Assembly: GCA_051294905.1 (NCBI GenBank)
Contig: CM119371.1
Coordinates: 37,574,001 to 37,638,000 of the forward strand
Direction: 5' to 3'
Source of the DNA: Botryllus schlosseri
Taxonomy: Eukaryota
Length of the DNA stretch: 64,000 nucleotides
This document shows positions 48,829-63,744 of this stretch, piece after piece. The notes beneath the pieces were generated by a model. The model did no database searches. It worked only from the letters and a program-made list of their open reading frames with translations, and was not told the DNA's origin. Position 1 is the first letter of the stretch. Every line of letters starts with the position of its first letter. The translations under genes were made by a program, and so were the position numbers.

Positions 48829-49998
48829 CAGTGGTTCCCAACCTTTTTCGACTCATCGCCCCCTTTTGAAGCTCCACACCGATCATCGCCCCCCAAATAT
48901 CGGGAACCGAAAAACAGCACTTCGTCACCCCCCCCCCCTCCGAAAAAAACGTTTGTCTTTGGCCCCATATGGTGATAAGCCAAACCCCAGACCCCCCTTA
49001 GCCAGTGGGCTTTTTGTCGCCACATATCAGCTATAGGCCCTACCTTATTCATATTCTGTTTGTTGTGTCACCGTATTTCGCCTAAACGAGCGAAGCGCGA
49101 CAAATTTATATAATTCATGTTTGAATCGGTCAATATGGTCGATGTGGTATGTTGGAAAAGGTAGGACCCCTAAATAATAATTAAACATCTTCGGCGGAAT
49201 CGTTGTTATATTGACTTCTTTACATGATAATATTTCGTGACCTCCTATATCTGCTATGCCAGAAGATATGGAAATCGTCAAAACGTACCAAACTAAAAGA
49301 CGCACATGATTTCATATTGGTATATCTTTACTGTCAAATAATTTTTTCCTTGCGGGTTGGCATTTGTCCTGTAGGGTTAAGGTCGCCAGGACAGGAACAT
49401 TCGACGCCAGCCATTGAGGCGCCAATGGACAGTTAAACATATATTGTATATATATCGAAGTTTTCGCTCAGCACAAGGGCATTCCTTTCGGACTAGGTCT
49501 TCTCGCTGCTTATCGTTCTGGCACACTTCTCGGAGTCGCATGTTACATGGCCTCTAACTTCATATGTCTTGGTGCGTCGTGGCGCAGTAATGGCCGACGC
49601 CGAAGTCTCCCATTTCCATAAATCATGCGTATTTTTGTTGGGTGACGGGGACCCCGACATCAAGATACATGACAATATTAAATCGCGCGCAGCGCGAAAA
49701 CTTTTGAAAAAGTCGCATGAATTTCTAAAAAATTATACTCTATCATTCATGTCAATTCACGAAATAAATTGGGCTTCCTTCGATTTCGGGCCCTCCACTC
49801 CCAATCGGGGGATCTGGGGTGCGGCAGTTACGGTCCCGACTCCAATATAGCCGTTTTAACGCGCCATCGCCTCCCTATCGCCCCCTTCGTTGTTTTCGCC
49901 CCCCATCGCCCCCTTCTTCCGTTTTCGCCCCCCCCCATCGCCCCCTTCATCATTTTCGCCCCCCTAGACCGCCAAATCGCCCACGTTGGGAACCACTG
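48829..49998. mobile_element. Non-autonomous hAT element
   Basis: TIR CAGTGGTTCCCAAC, perfect TSD AGCTAGAC, ATCGCCCC subterminal repeats. Interior is shared with 5040-5692. Confidence 0.87.
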
Positions 49999-50340
49999 AG
50001 CTAGACAGAAGAAACGGCACGTCGAAGCCGCGTGATAATCAAGCGCAATTTGATTGGTTAATTACGCTGACACCAAACTCGCTGGCCGACCGATGGAAAG
50101 GAGAACAATCGATCTTCTGAATTCGAGAGCGATCAGTTTTTGTACATCAAAGGTGCCGCCTCACTGTAGTGTCAAAACAGTTGCGTTCACTTCTCTCCTG
50201 CACTTTCTTCGCCTGTTTCGGCATTGAATGTACACACTTTTGTTGACTGGGGTAGACAGCACAAGACAGTACAAAATGGTGATAGGAGTAAACGGAACCA
50301 TCTAACCCGTGGGCTGTGGGTATATTCGACTGGTTATCAT

Positions 50341-51206
50341 TAGGGCAAGTTTTTGCAACTTTTGCAACTTTTTTTACAGCTTCCGACAGCTTCCTAGATA
50401 CTCAGAATCTATGTGCTATGACGTTTTAGGCTGTTTGGAGGGATTTTATAGTGCAACTTTTTGCAACTTTTCTCTCTTTTTAATGGCAATTTTTACTGCA
50501 ATTTATATCAAATATTGCATAAAAATGTAAAGGAGTGATTTAAAAACATGCTGTAAACTATTTCTCGTATGGTTCTATTCTCCTTGATTTGCTTAACAAA
50601 GAGCTATATGATGGGACAGCTGCATTTTACTGTTATCTATGACACAATGGCTTTTAAGCAAGAAGTTCAACTATCCCTACCAAGCACGCCCGTGCCCGAA
50701 CAATATGTAAATAGATCGCTCTATTAATTCTGTCGTTTAGATTTGAAATACTTTCCAATTTCACGAACGCCCAAGCGAGAACGCCGAAAATTATATTTTC
50801 AATGGCTCACCTTTTTCAGGCTATTGATTTTGTTAAAGTCGCCAAAAGTGTTCTGTATTACCCTGGGTCAAGTTTGCAGACTTTAGGGTTTTGGGTGTGT
50901 TATTCGACTTGTTTTAGGGGAGGGGGTTACGTTATGCTGTTTAGCTCTTGGTGGAGATTATTCCCGCATTGCATAATATCCATGCTGTGTGCCGGCAAAA
51001 GTGTAATTTTGAAGGTTTCGCCAGACCGTTAAGTGACGAAGTAACAAATTTGATATCTCTGCCGGAACTAGGTTGTTCAACGGAACCTTTCGCGTATCTT
51101 ATACCCTAATAATTCAACAAAAATTATAAATGCAACTTTTTCTGCAAGTTTTGTTGAAATTAAATGCAACTTTCTCGCGATTTTAGTGCAACAAAAACTT
51201 GCCCTA
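50341..51206. mobile_element. MITE (TGCAACTT subterminal repeats)
   Basis: TIR TAGGGCAAGTTTTTG/CAAAAACTTGCCCTA; 8-bp flanks GTTATCAT/GTTCTCAC. Confidence 0.75.
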
Positions 51207-51383
51207 GTTCTCACCATTTCAAATTGATGCGGGAGCAATATTTGATAACAGTGCCTGATTCGCACCCTAGACCAAGGTCGAAATCTTGTAAATGCACCCC
51301 TAGTTCACCCATATCTTTACATTCCGAGCCAGCAACTTGCCTTTCGATGTTACAGGGATCTATTTTGAATAAGCCAAGTAACA

Positions 51384-54300
51384 ATGTCTGATTCTGGCGA
51401 CACGGGGGAATGTAAAAGTATGAGTTGCAAAGAAGGAAGGTGAGAATAGAATCATCTCCTTGAGTGTACGTGCATTGACACCCTAAACGAAAATGTAATC
51501 TACCTCAGAATTCGATCAAATATTTCACTAGACTTGTTACGGAACTGCGTTTCCTTATTTGTGTGTTTCAATTTAGATCCAATTTGAGTCAGTCATCATT
51601 ATGAATCGGCGTCTTTCTGTTTCTCTCTATGTATTCAATCGCTAGCTTATATAGAGTACGAAACGGTTCTGCTCAATTCGTAGTGTTGTAATGCATACTA
51701 ATGGTTATAAATCCTATACTTGCCTACTTTCCTTCTCATTCCATTTGTAATTATTCTAATATGTCAAGTACCAATTGGATTAACATGTTTTGTTGGATTT
51801 AAACCGCGGGTAGGCTATGTTTTCGTGTGCAACCTTTTCGGTGTGAATATACACTGTTGATGTACCGTTTCCACTGCGGTAACAATCACTGTTACGGATG
51901 TTTTCAGCCCGATCTCAACGGCGCTCAGTCTCGTGCGATATCCGCTAGGTATCTCTTTGTTCCTGTTGCCATGGGCGATGAAATTCGGCGGAATCGTGGC
52001 CGGTCCGATATTCGTCGCGCTTTTCGTGGTCGTCAACGCGTACCGGAGTCTGGTTTTGACCAAGATTGCCGAAGAGCTCACGTGAGTTATTCAGACTTGT
52101 ACTGATCACTGGATGTCTAAGACATGTCTGGTTTTCTATACTTGCAGACTTGTACCAACAACTTGATTTTCAAGATGTGCAACTAGAACTAGAACAATAG
52201 CTACTCACTTTCACAGATAGCAAATAGAACTGCTATAGCGTGGTATGGTCGTCGGCGCGCGTTCTTCTAGGTCCGCGGCTCGGTTGAGATAAAGTTACCA
52301 CGTCGGCGTAACTCTTTTAATAAAATGGCTAAAATCGTGACGATGATTGTTGCATGGTAGATAAAATCGATTAACACAACGGAGTGCATCACAACAAGTC
52401 AGCGAGGGTAATAGTAATCAAATCGGGGAAATCGCGATATTCAATGAGTTATACGCTACACTAGAAATAGAGCTGGTCTCATATCAAAACTAGAAACTAG
52501 AACTAAAACTAGAAATATTGACGTAAATAAGTTCCGCAACTAATTAACTAAAACACATCTAACTAAATTATGAACTGAATGGCGAATGAGTTCAGAAATA
52601 TAGGCAGATCAAATCGGGATTTCAAATGGACACAGTTCAGATTTTTAAATGGGAGGGATTTCGAGACCCGACACTGTTAGTAGCGATGACTCTAATCTAG
52701 CAATGACAACAAGACTATCACAAAACAGAACACCGGTATCACGATTCATGCCAAACGACGACGCTTGGTTCGGTTACTATTTTTTTAATGCTAACCTAGA
52801 ACTAGAGCTATTACCACTCAATTTCGTCCGCAACTAGAACTGAGCACAGCTACCCAATCTTCAAAATCCGCAATTAGATGTGGATCAGTGGTTCTCAAAC
52901 TTTTTTAGACATCCCCCCTTTTGATAGTGAAAAATTTCGCGCCGCTCTTATCGTGATATCGCAAAATATTAAAGAGTGAAATCAGAACGCTTACAATCCC
53001 CAAAATAGTTTGATGGCATTAAAGGCTATGGATATTGATGAGAGAATTATCTACTAGGGAATTCAGACAATAGACAGAGGAAACACCATCGGTAGGAGGT
53101 AAATCGCGCGAAGCGCGAAATACATTTCAATTAACTGCGGCTTCGGGCCCCCTTCAGATACTTCCACGCCTCACAAGGGAGGCGCGCCCCCAGTTTCAGA
53201 ACCATGGATCTGGATGTACGACTACTCAGTTTTCAAAATCCGGAACTAGAGCTAGAGCTTGAAATACTCAATAAGCCATTAGTTGGTTGACGGTCAACCA
53301 ACTAAATTCGTGAATGTACAAGTCCGGAAATATTCCTATTTGCGTATGCCCTATGATAACGTTGGCAGGGAAAGCGGAGTGGCATCACCGGGCGGATATA
53401 GCGACTGGTGGCTACTGGAGAATAGCCTCGGAAAAGTTCGGAGAACTTCGGTCAACTGTTACCTGGTGATGTTCTCCACGCTGCAGTGGATTTCCTTGCT
53501 CGGACACGCATGCACTTTCTTCGCGTTCGCGGGACTGACGTTCAACGAGGTGAGACGGATATAACGTATCCTGCATTGAAGGTAGTATACTGTAAAGCCA
53601 TGGGTATAAAATGGCTGAATATCTAGGGGTGTAATAGATTCTATAGTGGTTATTATACCTTTTTAGGATTTTTTGTGGTGGTAGAATGGACGTATTTGAC
53701 TCATTCTTACCTACTGAACGAGTGTGAAATCAGAATTTGTTATCTGTAAGAGTCTTTAATTGATCTATGACAGGGGTGACCAACCGGCGGTCGTCGACAC
53801 GTAATCCCATTAGTATGTGTTGGCGGCCGACGACGTGCAAATTGAATTTGCGAACTGACTCTCGGAATTATGAGATATTTTACCTAATCTTGAAATTTTC
53901 TCCGCCCCGCGTTGAGCGCGATAAGACATTAATCACACGGTGCGTTTTAATGAACACATAAATAGATGCCGAGCGACCGGTTACGGTCTCCTTAACTAAT
54001 AGTATCCCCCAACATCCTTCCACTATAGCAACATTCCGACAATACTGATGGGATGTCAACAACCAACAGCATCCAAAAAGGTGACTACCATCAATTGGCC
54101 CAACAACCATCATCATTTATATAACTTGCCCTAAATTTGCGGAAGCCCCCCCCCCTCCCCCCATAAACTCCACAATTGAATATGATGATATGGGCTGAGA
54201 AAAGATAAATGTTTGATAGTAATATGTGAAGCTACTACTCATAATAATGACGAAATTCATTCGTGTATCTGAAAAGGTTTCCGGGCTACGCGCGATCATA

Positions 54301-57300
54301 TTAGATTCTATAGTACAGTGGTTTACAACCTTTATTGACTCCTCGACCCCTTATTAATCTCGACCAAAATTTCGGCTTCCCATATTTTCGGAACAGAAAC
54401 AGAGGACACATAAACAGCGGAAATATATTCACCTGACTATGATCCCTGTCGAATTGACTGGAAAAAGGTCACATTTCTGAGTAGATGCTCGGAAAACCTG
54501 TTACCGCAACTGCTTTCCGTTGAGTTGGCCGTTTTTACGCTTCATACCCAGAATAAGCGGTCTTCACGTGCATTTTTCTGGCATGTTAATTTAGCATATC
54601 TCACTGGACGTTCTAAAAGTTTCGCTCTCTATCGCCCGCCCCCTCTTCCCTTTCGGTTTTTTCGCCCCCTTGTTTCTCGAAATCGCCCACTGGGAGGCGA
54701 TATCGCCCACGTTATGGACCACTGACCTAGAAACTATTCATAACATCAACACTCGTGACTTCGTTGCGTATGATAAACCGATATGAATGGAAATGGTATT
54801 GAAAGTTTAACATGGGAATTTGGCGTCCAGTTAGTTCATTAGGACTACTCCCTGGAATGCGGCCGTGGGCTATATGAGTAATCAAAATGCTGCCGTGAAT
54901 AGCAAAACGTTTGACAGCCCCTATTCTATGATGTATACATGATAAATGCACTTATTTGCCACCCATGGTGGGGAAGAAAGGGGCTGGGCTAAATTTAATT
55001 CTCAGCACACAATTTACGATGGAAACATTGGGCAAATTCATTCCATTTCAGGAGTACCCGAACACGATCTGGACGGGCATCCAGGGAGACCGGGTCTCGA
55101 TCGCTTTCTGCGTCACGGCTGTCGTTGTGGTTCACGTCGTGACGCAATGGGTTCGCAATTTACTCCACGATTCCAAGAGCGGGTGCTGTGAATTCTGCTC
55201 AGGCGCCTTTTTCGTGCTCGTTCCTGTCTTAGTGGCTGTTTTCATCGGGATACCGATCGTTGTCAACTTTGCCGCTACATTGGTGAGATCGCCTAAATGT
55301 GATTGTGCGCACATATTGTCAAAGATTTCATCGTTTCTCCCCAAGTAGAACTAGAAGAAATGTCATAAATTTCGACCCACGTCCAAGTATAAATTGCGAT
55401 TTTTAACAAAAGTCCGAAGAGTAGGCTGAGAAGCAGGGGGAGTAATGAAGTAAGTGGTTTCAAAAAGTGAATTTGGTCAAAGGGTTCACAGACTTGGAGC
55501 GGTTAATCAGAGGTGTCTGCTTTGGACGTTACAAGATCCATCTTCGCGGTTATTATAAAACAACTAACCACAGTACACATAGGTGTGATCTTTGAAGCTT
55601 AATGCAGCTACCGCTATACAGGGGCAATTTTGTCTTGTTCGTCTTACAATTTCACTCAAAAACTTGATATATAGGGGAGATGTGGTACCGATGGATCACT
55701 GGGACCGAAAATACTTTGAAAATTCTCTATGATAATTCCATGATTACACTCCGTGAATTTGTCTACAATTGCTTGCTGGCAAAATCTTTCCTCACATACA
55801 AGAAAATTCGACTTGCGCGAGCTACGGGGTCTCTCAGAGATGTTTTTTGTTTTGAGGGGTTTAAAGTAAATTTATATTGACATATACATTTTTCTTTGTA
55901 ACCTCCAACACGAACAAACCAGCAATCATTTTTATTGTGAAGTGTAGGGCTTGTATCAGGCTATATAATGGCACCTATTATTTTTTTCAGTACTTTCCTT
56001 GAGTGGAATTTTTTTCGATTCATGTATAAAATTCGTAGGGTGGGGACCGATGATACAATGACCAAATCAAGCAAAATAATCAAGCATACTAATCATAAAA
56101 CAAATGAAACATGCCTACGTACAGAAAATCTTTATGTAATAATTGCATATGATGTTTTATCGCTATAACGAGGTATTTGGAATTCACACTGTCGATTTTC
56201 GGGCAATATGTATTTACCCTCAAATTTATAAGTCCGAGCCTAAATCGAAACGTGATTTTATGACAACATTTGAGTTCATATTTATTCTATTTGACGGTTG
56301 CGATCAAACATTCTTCTTTGGCTTACTGTAGGTTAGATTAGAATACTGAGCATGAAAAGTTGTCACATCTGAGGTATTTAGGGTATATGTGTCATAGGTC
56401 CCAGGGTCGTGTGCCATTGGACCCACCGGGTGGGGACCGATGACACGTTCGAGCAACCAATTTTGAACGTCCATAAATATTTTTTGAAAAGACGGATATT
56501 CGTGTATATGTGCGCGATAGGCAGAGCTTGTATCAAAGTGCTGAGCCAGCAAAAGACCTGCTGTTTTCGGCTGAACAGTTTTGGGCCAGCGATCATTTTC
56601 CAATTTTTGATCCATCGGTACCACATCTCCCCTACTTATCTCAATACGACTATGCATTTTTAAATGCCTATATATATATCGACTTTTCAATTAGAGTAAA
56701 ATGAAAAGGGCAAAAGAAAACAGGAAACAAAAAAAAACATCAAGATAATCAGTTTTAGGCTCGTATTAAGCGTCTCCCACGTAGGCGGTCGTGGGCGTTA
56801 AATGCCTGGAGTTTCAGAAGTCAGTGTTTTTTCTGGGTAGAAATATTAATGCAGACTTATGAATGTATTTCGAAAAAGTAGAAATAAGCCGTTACTGACC
56901 ACCTTTGACGACGTGTCGTTCAGCTGAAGGAAAGGACAGTCATCCACCCCTCAATTGAAGTGGACGGAACGAATTTCGGTCTTCTTCTCGCGGGTCTGGC
57001 ATTCGTGGTTGGAGCGACACCTGATGACGTAAGTCCCGGTGATTGCTGCGTGCTCGATAACCTTTAAAGCGCTGACTTTTCAGGTCACGGCACCTTACGG
57101 AGGCTCGGCCAATCGCAAGGACTTTCCAGTTATCCTGATCTGCGTCGGCGTCATATCCACCGTAATTCTGGCGGGATTCGGAATCGCCGTTTTTCTCGCG
57201 TTCGGTGACGTTACTTGCGCTAGCGTGACCTTTAATCTTCCACTGGACGGGACCAGGTGAGATGCCGAGTGTGTTCACTCCTTTTCCACGCATGCAATCG

Positions 57301-60300
57301 GGAAGGAACTTGCTGTGACCAGAGGTCGTCAGTGTAGTCTGTGTCGGTACTGAAGTAGAATAAAAGTAGCGCCATAAATTCATGCTCAATTACAAGAGAA
57401 AGTATCCATTTCTAAGAAGATTCAACTGCTTCAAGTTGAACTATAACATGGACGATGTAAACAGTTTTCATGGAAGTAATTTGGAACATTAGATTTTGTA
57501 GATAGCTTGCATATCTTTCGCTGTTGTGATCGTCGGTCCCTACTTTCTAAATTTCAGAATGACTAATGAGTAGGGCGGTTTTTTTTACCTAAAAAAACTG
57601 AATTTTGAACAAATTTTGACCTAACGTATGCAAATTAGATGTTTTCCCAATTAATGTCAAAATTGTACCAGTTATCTACATTTCCGGTTGTAACTGGCTG
57701 TCCCAACGAAGTAGTTTGGCCTGAAAAAACGTTTTTGGCATAGAAACAGGCAACTTTGTCAATATAAAAAAACAGTATTTTAATGAAATCTGGCCCTATG
57801 AAGAATTCCAGTGGTTGCAATACGTATTATGGTGGAAATGATTAAAAAAATTTGTAGTACAACGAGAGATACTTTCCTACATTATTGGGTAGAAAGTGCA
57901 TGTCCTTACTTGCCACGGACGTTCAACAGCAGCAGTTGTTGGCTGACAACACTCAAGTCGTGCGTACACTGCTGGTGACACACCATGTTGCTTCATTCTG
58001 ACAATGTTGTCTATTAAATTTTTCATCATGCGGTATGTTGACCATAATACCATGTCCACCTATTTGTTTTATTTGACCGTTGATGATTCAGTATGAGCAG
58101 ACAATTAGCCGTTTACAACAGTAGACCTATAAAGTAGGCTACAAGCTGTAAAACATCGAATGACACATTCACCGATAGTGCAAAATCGACGATACAAACG
58201 AAATGAAGACGTCAAATAAATTTTGACTTTATGAACAATTTTGACAAATTTGCACCTAACACTACAATTTTGACATGTCAAAAAAGAAAACGCACCACTA
58301 GTAATCACGTTTCTCTTCGCCACGTGATACGCGTAAGCGGTGTCTTATAAAAGCATACAAGTGTGTCGTGCTACAAGTCTGTAAATACGGAATCAAAAAA
58401 TAGAAATAGTATCAACCTGTTGTGAAATGACCAATGTAGTTGAAACACCATGACTATCAAACAAACGAACGCTACAATTAGCTGTAATATTGCGCTACCG
58501 CTAGGGTTGCATTTAAAACAATTGGTTGTTTTAAACACTTAGTTAAAACATATTTTAAACAGTGTTTTAAACGAAGCCTTTTTCAGAATTTTTTTCAACG
58601 TTGTATAATTATGCCATAATTGTCTAAATTCTTTCCAAAAACATATTGTTTGAGCCTACGGACAACGACTACCACCCAATGCAGCCAACGTATACGATAT
58701 GGAATGGTTGGAGCCCTCGAAATAGTCGGTTCAACAGCTAAAGTACGTAGATATAGATCATTGGTACGGAGTGAATGTTCTGATGAAGATGACCGTCGAC
58801 CGTAAAAATGCTGCATGACGATGTAGTGATCATTAATATTTTTTTTTGGTATATGACAGGGGTTGGAAGCCTATTTCGCCAAAGGAGCTATATTTACCCT
58901 ATATTTTCAATTGTGAAAATCAATCCACTATGACGTCATAATTGAATATATAACTCCAAATTGACACGAGACCTTTGTGTTGCAAGTTTGGTCTGCTTAA
59001 CGGATACGTTAGAAACAGCATACATTCTTAGCGCAGAGTGTGTATTCACACCGAAAAGGTGGTACAGGAAAGCATCAGAATTATCCCGCGGTTTGTATGA
59101 AACACGCCATTTTAATCCAATTTATGCAAGTCAAATAAGAGTAAGCACAAATGCAGTGCAAAGATACCTAGGCACGTAGAGACGTAGGTAGGTATACACT
59201 TAGGCATGTAAGATTCGTAGCAACGCTTTAGAGGTACACAATGTCTCTTTCGCCAAAATAACTAGGCTATAGCTATTGAATATACGCATTGGCTTTAACG
59301 GCGCAATAATTGAGTTGAAATGCACAAATAAAGAAATACTGTTCATTCGGTCAGTTAAGTCGGTAGCAAGTTCGGTTGAATTGAATTCGACGGACTCTCC
59401 TAGAACTTGGTTTCTGAATTACGACGTAAACGTTCTGTTTGTATTACCGCCACCTATTGGTTGTGAATACACAGTGTTTCCGATAAGAGTGTAGAAGAAA
59501 ATGTGGCATGTTACCAGTTGGCGAATCAGCCAAATTCATAAAAGATATCGACCGGCCGCAAAATCAATACCAAACAAACCCAGGCGAGAACGAGAGCTAT
59601 CTTACTTCCAGACAATACATGGCCGTACGCGTGTTGGCAGCATTGAGCGCCTTGGTCTTCCTGGCTTTCCGGCATCAAATCGATCCGAAGCTTTCCTCAC
59701 GCTTGTCGAAACCGGAGATCGTTTGCGACATCATATTCAAAGTGATCTTCCTCGCGGTATCAGGTGAGCGACCAATCTACTATTGGGTGGTAAGCATTAC
59801 AGGTATTCGTTTCAAAAGATAATCTGCTATAATATGACCTTCTCGCACTCTTAACACCCCTGATGATGTGAGACATGCCTACTCTACTGCAGTGAATTTG
59901 TATTGCACTGAGTCATATACCCCGTATATTATAGTATACATAGTTGATGTCATCGTCTGCACTTGAGCAGAGGTATAAGTAACGTCGTCTACAGTAGGAG
60001 CGAATTACAAGTAGGTAAAAAAGTAGGTATTCTAAGCCTAGTTTTACCTAAAATACTGAAAACTGTTACAATTAGTATAAGTAGACTTGAATCATAACCA
60101 CTTGACGAAGTAGTGTAAGCACAAAAAATCTACTTGAAATATTTCGAAAAGTCAAACTACTTCGCTACTCATCCCTGCTGTACATAACTGAACCATGTGG
60201 CTACTTAAATTGAATTACAACTATCGTGTCTACTAGTAAATTTCCTGGTCTATATTGACAAACAAAAACTCTCAATCCAATTCCTTTCGTCAATAGAAAT

Positions 60301-61475
60301 CAAACCGAGATAAGAAGTACAGCCGATAAGAGATCTTATTGTACATCGTATATCTTACCCGAATAAATATGTTATTACTATATTTTATTGGTATAAGAAT
60401 ATTTCCAAATGAATTCGCTACAGAAACTCTATACTACTTCCTAGCTGCCGTAGGTTTGTCTGCTGTCTGGCGGCCTTGGGCATATCAATTGTTACAGTCC
60501 GTGACTAAGTATTCGTCCACAGGTGCGTTGGCGGCCGGAGTACCCTCATTCAACGGCCTGGCTTGTCTCTTCGGATCGATTTCCTCATTCGCCATGACGC
60601 TTATCTTTCCGTTCTTCTGTGATATTATGCTACACGTGACAGGCGGAAGGTCGCGTGACCTCGACGACGAGGGGAGAGACCTGATTTCAGGAGACGCGGA
60701 AAGGTTCGCTAGATTTTTAAACCATCTGACTAGGCCTGAATAAAATCGTGTGCGTGATGGTCAGAATATTTCACATACGGACATTTTATGCGCCTACCAA
60801 GAATGTAATGCCAGTTCCACATGACGTTGCTAATTGCTGAGCGAGATAGTGTTATGGTGATGCGTCCGGTATCTTGATCGGTAGGCCGTAGGTTCAATCC
60901 ACGAACGCGGTCTGACCAAAATCCACGGATAGCACATAGGAGAAAAATTGATGATCTCTCTCTCTTTCTCTCTCTTCGACAATACCTATTTCAGTACACT
61001 TCTGACAATGATGTGGGTTGATCACGACTCCATGAATATTTCCACACCTTGTTCTACAATATTCACCTGTTGGGATGCGGCCAATCGAGTTCTACAGCCT
61101 TCCACAGTGGAATATAGTGTTGAAACTTGAAGTATCGTTGACAATCGAACACTTAGTGACAAGAACCTAATAATTACACGATCTCACGGTACTCGAATCA
61201 TTAGCTTTAATACTCGTTTGAGATTTCAGTAGTGGAATCATTGAGCCAGACTGATGTGATTATAGATCCGAAACTCTTTATGCAGGCCGACCGGAGATAT
61301 CCAGATATCCGGAGCTAGAGTGGCGCGTGACGTCATCTTCATGGTCCTCGGGGCGGCAGGGCTGATCTACGGCCTTTACAGCACCGTCGTATTTCTGCAA
61401 TCGCGCGGAATCGACCATGCGATGCAAGGCTGTCATGACGTCATACCCACAAACACGAGCGTGGCGTCGTATTAG
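51384..61475 (+). CDS. Divergent SLC36-like (AAAP / Aa_trans family) amino-acid transporter, 9 coding exons, 480 aa
   Basis: Exons 51384-51439, 51908-52081, 53369-53549, 55052-55282, 56924-57028, 57084-57256, 59612-59763, 60523-60703 and 61286-61475. All GT-AG and phase-consistent, 1443 nt. Motifs LPWAMKFGGIVAGP, FLAFGDVTCASVTFNLP, FGSISSFAMTLIFP and RDVIFMVLG parallel SLC36 in order. Confidence 0.85.
55674..56632. mobile_element. TA-flanked (Tc1/mariner-pogo-like) MITE in transporter intron
   Basis: Perfect 25-bp TIR GGGGAGATGTGGTACCGATGGATCA with TA on both sides. Confidence 0.87.
57877..58060 (-). mobile_element. hAT transposase dimerisation-domain remnant
   Basis: SPAVYARLECCQPTTAAVER, similar to the remnant at 16401-16583. 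Confidence 0.6.
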
Positions 61476-62179
61476 TTTTTCTCGGATTGGAAGAAATATT
61501 TATTCATGTCTTAAAGAAATTTAAAGTATATTTATTGCGGTCTAACTTCAATCAACGGCCAGTGATGAATTCACAATCATTCTCTTATGACGTCAGCTAA
61601 ACGAAGAATCGTGGACGATGCTTGTTATCTATTTGAATATTTGCAAGTCTCTTTTTCGTTGCGAGCTTCACAACGTTTCTAGTCTTTCGATATATCTTTG
61701 TGCCTCGCTGTTGTGACGTGTTATACTGAGTTCATTTGGTGACGTGACAAGTAAACGATACGTTCTTGTGATCAGGATTATTTTCATCGATATAATGTGT
61801 CAACATTCGCAATGTTTGGAAGCACAGTACCGCGCCATAGAGTTGATCAGTAACCGGTTACTTTTAGTTTTACGTAGTTCTCAACGAAGTTTGCCTGCAG
61901 ATATTACAAGAACCATAACCTACCTAATTGTTGCAGATTTACCTAGGCTCCTCCACGCCATCTCATCTGCCTAGAAGTTGCCGTGCTACAAGTCGGCATC
62001 AACGGAATAAAAATGAACAAAAACAGGCCTGGTGTAAATGACCATTGTAGTCGACAAACACCATTAATACCATAGACAGTAACTCACCGCGGGCGCCACA
62101 GTATAAATTGTGGTGAATTACTGTGTTCGATTGTCTCGTCCGCTACATTTAGTTAACCAATTATTACTCTCTATTACCC

Positions 62180-62457
62180 GTCCTGTAGTTTGTGGTATTC
62201 ATGTTGTTAGTCGACTACAATAGTGATTCACACCAGGCCGATATTCCTTACTTTTGATTACGTATAGCTGCCGACTTGTAGCCTGCTGGCCCCTTGTATG
62301 CTTTTATAAACACTTCTTATGCGGATAAGATGGCGCGGAAGAGCCTAGATATACTGCCAACACATTGGTAGGTATTCTGGAGTCGACCTCGGTCGGACTG
62401 GAAGCCGCAACCCATTGGAGTTGTAGCTGCGGATTATAGCACTACGCTATCTTGCGG
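62180..62457 (-). mobile_element. tRNA-derived SINE, family A (facing a partial plus-strand copy at about 61935-62075)
   Basis: Reverse complement aligns to 44152-44429. Confidence 0.8.
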
Positions 62458-63744
62458 CAAGTCTTGCCGCCATAACGTGTCTTCTCCGCTATATATTGTG
62501 TCACTCCTAGTTTGTGGTTTCCTGATACTTAGGGTGTTACGTGTAGTGCTAGTTTTCAGTTACCAATAGCCTTGGATCTGTGGATTGAAGGTCATCACAT
62601 GAATCAAAAAAAAACATTTTAATCCAAATGATGCTTGCACGTTAGACGTAGGGAGGTATGCACATTGGCAAGTAGCACTTATGACCGCGGTGTAATTCTG
62701 AATTAGGTTCTGCTTTCGTGTACTTCCTCTTGGGTATGAATACACACTATTTTGTATAATAGTGTACCACCTCAAGTGCTAATGGTTTAGTCCAGTGGTT
62801 CTCAACCTTTTCACCTCGCGGACCGGTAGAATTAAAAAAAATATTTGGTGGACCGGTGGACCTTCAAAAATTGAAATAAATCCAAAATTTGAAGTATGCA
62901 ATCGTTTTTTTGTTTTGTTGCAAGTATGGTACTAGAACAGGGGTGAGCAAATATTTTTAACCCACAGGCCAAATGAAAAGCAGAATATACGTTGGCGGGC
63001 CGAGTCATAAATTATCACAATATTCTGCAGCGTATTAATTGTATTTCTAAATTGAAAGCAGCGAATTACATTGTTAATAGGCCTACATATGTGACTTAGT
63101 GGATGTATAGATATGGGGCTATTATTAAGTGACGGTTAATTATATTTATTTGCCGTCATAATTAAAAACAATGGTAAACATGATACATTTTAAACTCTTT
63201 TCAACCCACAGACACGTTTTTTATGAACACATTAAAATGTATAAGCATTATCTTGTCCCGGCCACTGCCTCCCGAACAGTGTGCAGCTTGGTGAAATCGC
63301 CTTTGTTGTTGATGAAAACCAGGAGTACTTCCAAAATTCGTCCTTCCTTAGCCGAGTGTCTGTCTTCGTGTTTTTGTCATAATACTTCACGGCGACCTGC
63401 TCGCCACAAACTAAAAGGACGCGATCACCCCGGACTCCAGTAAACAAATATTTACTGCTCAAAATCTTCTTGGAATTTCGGCCGTCGGCTTTCGCCTTTC
63501 TTTTTTGGACATGTCCTTCCGTTCATTATTTACAATCACGAGCACTGATTTTGACTTGTTTTACAAATTGAGGATTCGGAAACGTATGACGTGACAATTT
63601 GAAGCATAGATTGTGTAAATGTGACAATGGCAACAAAAAAAGGTTTGAACTAAACTGTATGAAAACAGTGACTTATGCTACTTTATTTGTTACGGCATTC
63701 TTTGCCACATGGCTTTTTTGAATCTAGATTAGTCGTATGACGTA

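Noticed and set aside
56940..57389. 149-aa minus-strand ORF
   Set aside because: Antisense to transporter exons 5-6.
59856..59885. ACCCCTGATGA as another hammerhead
   Set aside because: No downstream GAAA, NUH or stem I partner.
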